Source: Candidatus Latescibacterota bacterium
GTDB taxonomy: Bacteria > Latescibacterota > UBA2968 > UBA8231
Assembly (NCBI GenBank): GCA_965223905.1
Contig: CBDCXV010000010.1
Coordinates: forward strand, 928,001 to 992,000
Reading direction: 5' to 3'
DNA length: 64,000 bases
This document shows, in pieces, positions 59,610 to 64,000 of this stretch. The notes below the pieces were generated by a model. That model worked only from the letters and a program-made list of their open reading frames with translations. It ran no database searches and was not told the DNA's origin. Every line of letters begins with the position of its first letter. The stretch's first letter is position 1. A program made the translations under genes and the position numbers.

Positions 59610-61748
59610 TCAGTACGCGAGGGAAACCACGCCGGTAGCCACCTGGCGCTCCTCGTCCGCATCGACATCGACGGCGAAGAGGTAAATACCCGGCGGCACC
59701 GGGCGGGCGGCAGCGTCCTTCCCGTCCCAGGATTGCTTTCCGGGTAGCTCCACGACGAGTTGGCCCGACAGCGTGTAGATCTTCAACGCGGCCTGTGTTT
59801 CGACGTTGCGCAGATTATATGAAAAGGTCACCTCGTCGTTGATCCCGTCCCCGTTCGGCGTGAATACGGCCGGGGTCGCTGGCAGCCCCAGAATCAGGTC
59901 GCCGCCGATGGGGGTCTTCACAGTGAGAACATCTCCGCCGACATCGACCGTGGCATTCCCCTCGTTGATCCGCTGCTTCACAAAGGGCGCATCGCTGTCG
60001 TAGACCCAGCCGGCGAATTCCGCGCCGTAGCGCAGTACCTTCGCGTCGAACACCACCTTTACGATCTTGAAATTGTCCCGCCCCGGATCCCCCCCCAGGG
60101 GGTCGAAACCCACGATGATGCGGTCGTCCTGGATGTCATACGGTACTCCCTGACGGAACTCCACTCCGGCCAGGTCTTTTTCCAGGTCTTCCTCCGGCCA
60201 CGCACCGATCAACTCCGCCCCTCCCACGTTCACCGAGTCCACCCGCCCCGCCCGGACTCCGGTGAGGATCTCGAGTCGGTCGAACCCCGTGACCTCAGAG
60301 TCAGAGCCCGGACGGCCGAAATAAGGGCTTATGAAGTAAGTGAACGTGTGCGGCTCGAAACTGTCCGTCTCGATCGGCCAGATCTCTCCGGTCACGTCCT
60401 GCGCTGCCGGCTGGTCGCTGAACAGAATCGACAGTTCGTCCAGCCGTGGGGGGTCGCCGCCGCGATCCGCGATCATGACGATCTCGAACTGGAGGAACCG
60501 ACTCGGACTGGGGGAGAGTACGGGTGTCCCGTCGGACCACTCCTCGGCCGGCACGGCCGGATCGCGCAGTCCGGCCTCGAAGTCGTAGGGCTCTGACCAG
60601 AACGCCCAATTGTCCACATCGGGGGAACTCTTCAGATGAGCGAACGCTTCCCCTCCAATTCTGTCGGTTGTGTAAGGTTGGACACCCCTCCACTGCTGCA
60701 GGTAATCTTCGGCAGTCACCGGCTCGAACGTGCCGGTATTCCCGAGTGCGAAGTACAGGTTCGGATCGTCCGTCTTCCCGGTGCGGGTTCGGAAAAGCAC
60801 GCTCGTGCCTGGAGGCTGCTCGCCATCCCAGCGTATCTTGCTCCAGGCGACGGGCCTGTCGGAATCCCCGCCGAAATCCAGAATCCCGCTGCGGTAGAGT
60901 GTCCGGGTCACGAACCCTTCGCCGTAAACCTCCAATTCGGCGACCTCCCAGTCGCGCTCCGGATCCAATGGACGCAGCGCGACCCAGCGCACGTCCCGCG
61001 TGGGAAAGGTGAGGTCCACATCCGCATCCAGGTTCTCCCGCGTGCTCGCCAGGATGTCGAGAGACGGATCGTTGGGCTCACCGATGGGGATGCTGTCGAA
61101 GATCCTGCCGCCGATGTGGCGATACCAGTGCCTCGTGGGGCTCACCTCGCGGTGCGAACGCACGAGAGGCGCCGAATCGGCGGCAACCCCGATCTCGTAC
61201 CACTGGAGATAGTTGTCTTCGAAGCCTGGCCGCGGGTAGAAGCGAATTCGATTCACCGGCAGTTCGACGCCGAGGTTGAGCACACTGTTCTGGATCCACG
61301 CATTGTTGATTCCGTCTACGAACGGAGAGACCGGCACCGGCCTGAACATGGCCGTCGTCGGATCGCCGTCGATCATATCCCGGAGCGTCTTCGACTCCTC
61401 TTGTACGTACGCGCGGTGGCTACTCGGCATCAGATGGCCTCCCCGCCCCTCTGCGGAGAGAGCGAGGTTTTCGTCGGGAAAGATTTCCAACGGCCGGATG
61501 GAACCGCCCGAATAGTCGAGCACGGTGGCTTCGCCCGGGTAGGCTTCGCCCGGGTGCTCGGGTACGGTGGTGACCTCCACGGATTTCAGGACTCCCCCCT
61601 CCTCATCGACGAGGACATAAGTGCCCGTATGCTCTTCCATGAACTCCCGCCACCCGATGCCGTCTCCACCCAGTCTGAATTCAGCGCGCCCTCCCCATAC
61701 AGCGGTGTGAAAGGCGATTACGACCAACAAGCCGAGAAATAGTGCCAT
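59610..61748 (-). CDS. Secreted protein with discoidin-like region and FlgD-Ig-like C-terminal domain
   Basis: MIDGDP, NRIRFYPR, ELEVYGEGF, RTRTG, FTPNGDGIND, WDGKD...PPGIY. Confidence 0.72.
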   Translation of the reverse strand: MALFLGLLVVIAFHTAVWGGRAEFRLGGDGIGWREFMEEHTGTYVLVDEEGGVLKSVEVTTVPEHPGEAYPGEATVLDYSGGSIRPLEIFPDENLALSAEGRGGHLMPSSHRAYVQEESKTLRDMIDGDPTTAMFRPVPVSPFVDGINNAWIQNSVLNLGVELPVNRIRFYPRPGFEDNYLQWYEIGVAADSAPLVRSHREVSPTRHWYRHIGGRIFDSIPIGEPNDPSLDILASTRENLDADVDLTFPTRDVRWVALRPLDPERDWEVAELEVYGEGFVTRTLYRSGILDFGGDSDRPVAWSKIRWDGEQPPGTSVLFRTRTGKTDDPNLYFALGNTGTFEPVTAEDYLQQWRGVQPYTTDRIGGEAFAHLKSSPDVDNWAFWSEPYDFEAGLRDPAVPAEEWSDGTPVLSPSPSRFLQFEIVMIADRGGDPPRLDELSILFSDQPAAQDVTGEIWPIETDSFEPHTFTYFISPYFGRPGSDSEVTGFDRLEILTGVRAGRVDSVNVGGAELIGAWPEEDLEKDLAGVEFRQGVPYDIQDDRIIVGFDPLGGDPGRDNFKIVKVVFDAKVLRYGAEFAGWVYDSDAPFVKQRINEGNATVDVGGDVLTVKTPIGGDLILGLPATPAVFTPNGDGINDEVTFSYNLRNVETQAALKIYTLSGQLVVELPGKQSWDGKDAAARPVPPGIYLFAVDVDADEERQVATGVVSLAY

Positions 61749-61771
61749 GATATGTGCTCCTGCTTCGTCGC

Positions 61772-63967
61772 TCAGTACGCGACTGCTATGGTGCGCATGA
61801 CCTCGCTCGAGCGGGAGTCGCCGTCTACGGCGACGCGGATCAGATACAGTCCGGGCGGGACGACCCCACCCTGCTCATCCGTGCCGTCCCACGCCAGCTC
61901 GGGGAAGAGGTCCGAGGTGTACAACCCGTTCTGATCATCCAGCTCGAGAAGCTGACGCACCCGTCGACCGGACAGGTCGAACACCTCCACGGCGATGACG
62001 GATGTGCCGACGACCTGCAGCACCTCGAACTCCAGATCGAGGCCGTCGTTGACCAGATCGCCGTTCGGAGTCACCACCGGCGAGCCGAGTGCTAAGTTGG
62101 CGATGAGATTTTCGCCGGCCACCGACGGACTCAACACCGTGGCCCCTGATTCGGTGGAGATATCGGCCTCGTGCAGCTGTGTCGCGTCACCGGAAACGGC
62201 GCTCTGGAAAGCGTCCTCTGCCCGCAGGATGGCGCGGCTGTCGAAAACAGAGCTGTAGGCCAGCGCGCGGGCCACGAAGTGCAACTTGATGACGGTCCCG
62301 GATTCTCGGATGTGGGGAAAGCTGACGGCAAACCCCCTCGCCGTGAACGACGTGATCATCGGCTCCCCTTCCTCGCCATCAATCGTAGGACCGTCCTGAG
62401 TTTCAAAGACGTGGTCGATGTCCTTGCTGCTATCCCGATAGAGGATTTCGATGCGCTCCAGCCTGCTCACTGGAGCGCCGGTGAACAGCTCCAAGCCGTC
62501 AAACCCCTGAAGCCCTTCGCTATCCATCTCCGTCCGCAGCGCGTAGACGAAGGAAACATCAGTCGCCGGACTCACTCGACGGGGGAAAATTTCCCCTACG
62601 AGCGCGCCGGCCAGGGCCGGTGTTGTAAAATCGAAAGCCAGATTCCGCAGGATGTGGGTCGATTCCAGATCGGTCGTCAGAAAATCGACCCGCACATGAA
62701 AGTATCGGCGCGGTCCCGGTGAGACGATCCTCGCCCCGGTGGGACTCGTGCCTTGTTCGGACCGGTACGGGGGCGACCACGGGCTCCAGTTTTCCAGATC
62801 GTCTCTCACGGAGCCGCGCTCCCATTCGTCGTCCGACCTCCCCTCACCCCTCGGGGAAAGTCTACGGTATTCACTCCGCTCGAGCGGTTCGTCGGGACTT
62901 TCTACAGATTCGGAAAACTCGGGCGCGTCCTTGAGCCCGACTTGCTTCCTCGTATAGGAAAGGGGGGTCTCGTCCCGTCCCGTGCGCGTGCGGATTTCCA
63001 GCCTGGCCTGTCTCGGATCGCCTATCGTCTCCTGCTCCCATCTGAGCTGGCCCCAGGCCGCCGAAGCGGTCTTTATCTCGATGATCGGTGAGTAATACCG
63101 GGCCGCCGGGAAGTACCCTTCGCCGAACACCTGCAGCTTCTCGATCTCGAAGGGGATGGAGGACGTGGCCTGTAAACGGATGAAGCGGATGAGGCGAGGC
63201 GGGTCGATGTCGACTACGGCAACCGGGTCGGGATTGTCCGTGACGCTTGCGTAAGTCTCCCAGATCGGGTTGCCCGCAGCCGTCAAGTTCACACCGTCGT
63301 TGATCCTGAGGTCGAAATTCCTCAGAAAGTCGTCGTGAAACGGAGCGAGGGGATTGGGGAACTCCGTGTTGCGCGGAAAGAATCGGACTGCATTGACGCC
63401 CACACGGCTGCCCAGGTCGAGGATGAGATGGGCACCGTTGATGGGATACGCTTTGCGTTCGAAAGCCACTCCGGTACCGGTTACGTCGGCTTCCGGGGAG
63501 ATCACCTGTTCGAGAAGCCTCTCGAGCCTGTCTCGCTCGCTCCCCGACGCCACGCCGGCGAAACTGCTCGGAGAGGTAATCCCGCCTCCCCGGTTTTGGA
63601 TTTCGGCGGCCAGATTCTGACCCTCCCCTACTCGTTTGGGCAGGATGCCCTCGGGAAAATCAGCGCTCTCGAAATCGATCAGCGGCTCGACGAAAGGACG
63701 GTCGCTGGCGGACCGCGGCAGGGTGTACCCTACCTGCGAGAAGTTCGGGTCGACGGGTGAGCGGTACTCGGGCTCGATGGCCGCGATCGCGTCGTCGGCG
63801 ACCTCGCCTCTCCAGGTGGTCCGACCACTTGGCCCGAAGGTCACGACTTCACGAGCGCCCAGAATCTGCAGCGACAGGAGGACCAGGAGGAGACTGCCCG
63901 CCAAGACGCTCTCGGGAAAACACCGCCTCGAGCGCTGGCCGAAGAGCATGGGAACGCGGCTTTTCAT
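61772..63967 (-). CDS. Paralogous secreted protein with FlgD-Ig-like C-terminal domain
   Basis: LDLG, AVRFFPR, QVFGEGY, RTRTG, TPNGDLVND, WDGTD...PPGLY. Confidence 0.72.
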   Translation of the reverse strand: MKSRVPMLFGQRSRRCFPESVLAGSLLLVLLSLQILGAREVVTFGPSGRTTWRGEVADDAIAAIEPEYRSPVDPNFSQVGYTLPRSASDRPFVEPLIDFESADFPEGILPKRVGEGQNLAAEIQNRGGGITSPSSFAGVASGSERDRLERLLEQVISPEADVTGTGVAFERKAYPINGAHLILDLGSRVGVNAVRFFPRNTEFPNPLAPFHDDFLRNFDLRINDGVNLTAAGNPIWETYASVTDNPDPVAVVDIDPPRLIRFIRLQATSSIPFEIEKLQVFGEGYFPAARYYSPIIEIKTASAAWGQLRWEQETIGDPRQARLEIRTRTGRDETPLSYTRKQVGLKDAPEFSESVESPDEPLERSEYRRLSPRGEGRSDDEWERGSVRDDLENWSPWSPPYRSEQGTSPTGARIVSPGPRRYFHVRVDFLTTDLESTHILRNLAFDFTTPALAGALVGEIFPRRVSPATDVSFVYALRTEMDSEGLQGFDGLELFTGAPVSRLERIEILYRDSSKDIDHVFETQDGPTIDGEEGEPMITSFTARGFAVSFPHIRESGTVIKLHFVARALAYSSVFDSRAILRAEDAFQSAVSGDATQLHEADISTESGATVLSPSVAGENLIANLALGSPVVTPNGDLVNDGLDLEFEVLQVVGTSVIAVEVFDLSGRRVRQLLELDDQNGLYTSDLFPELAWDGTDEQGGVVPPGLYLIRVAVDGDSRSSEVMRTIAVAY

Positions 63968-64000
63968 ATTCCTCCGTCTCCTCAGGAATAACGCGACACT

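Overview
GC-rich bacterial DNA. The gene content resembles Latescibacterota/Gemmatimonadota/Poribacteria-like organisms; this is an inference from DUF6785-type membrane proteins, C-terminal 'SWGRIK' and 'TPNGD' motifs, and many sugar oxidoreductases and sialidases. Positions 1-31.9 kb are mostly intact carbohydrate/redox genes plus a vapBC module. This part carries two lower-GC inserts. (i) A 6999-bp IS1595-family cargo transposon (7721-14719) with perfect 45-bp terminal inverted repeats and an 8-bp target duplication. It splits a Zn-dependent dehydrogenase gene and carries about ten orphan ORFs plus several strongly base-paired non-coding segments, including a ~500-nt G.U-rich structured region at its right end. 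(ii) A translationally coupled ABC-type ATPase / PIN nuclease / RNA ligase operon (22775-25301). A promoter-to-terminator ~173-nt structured RNA lies at 15752-15924. At 31.95-33.4 kb is a 5'-truncated, nested group II intron remnant. Beyond it (33.4-55.5 kb) is a decaying region with frameshifted genes, deletion fusions, scrambled gene fragments and an IS630 element. The window ends with a co-directional cluster of large secreted proteins upstream of two sialidases. All assignments come from motif recognition by eye; no searches or folding programs were run.
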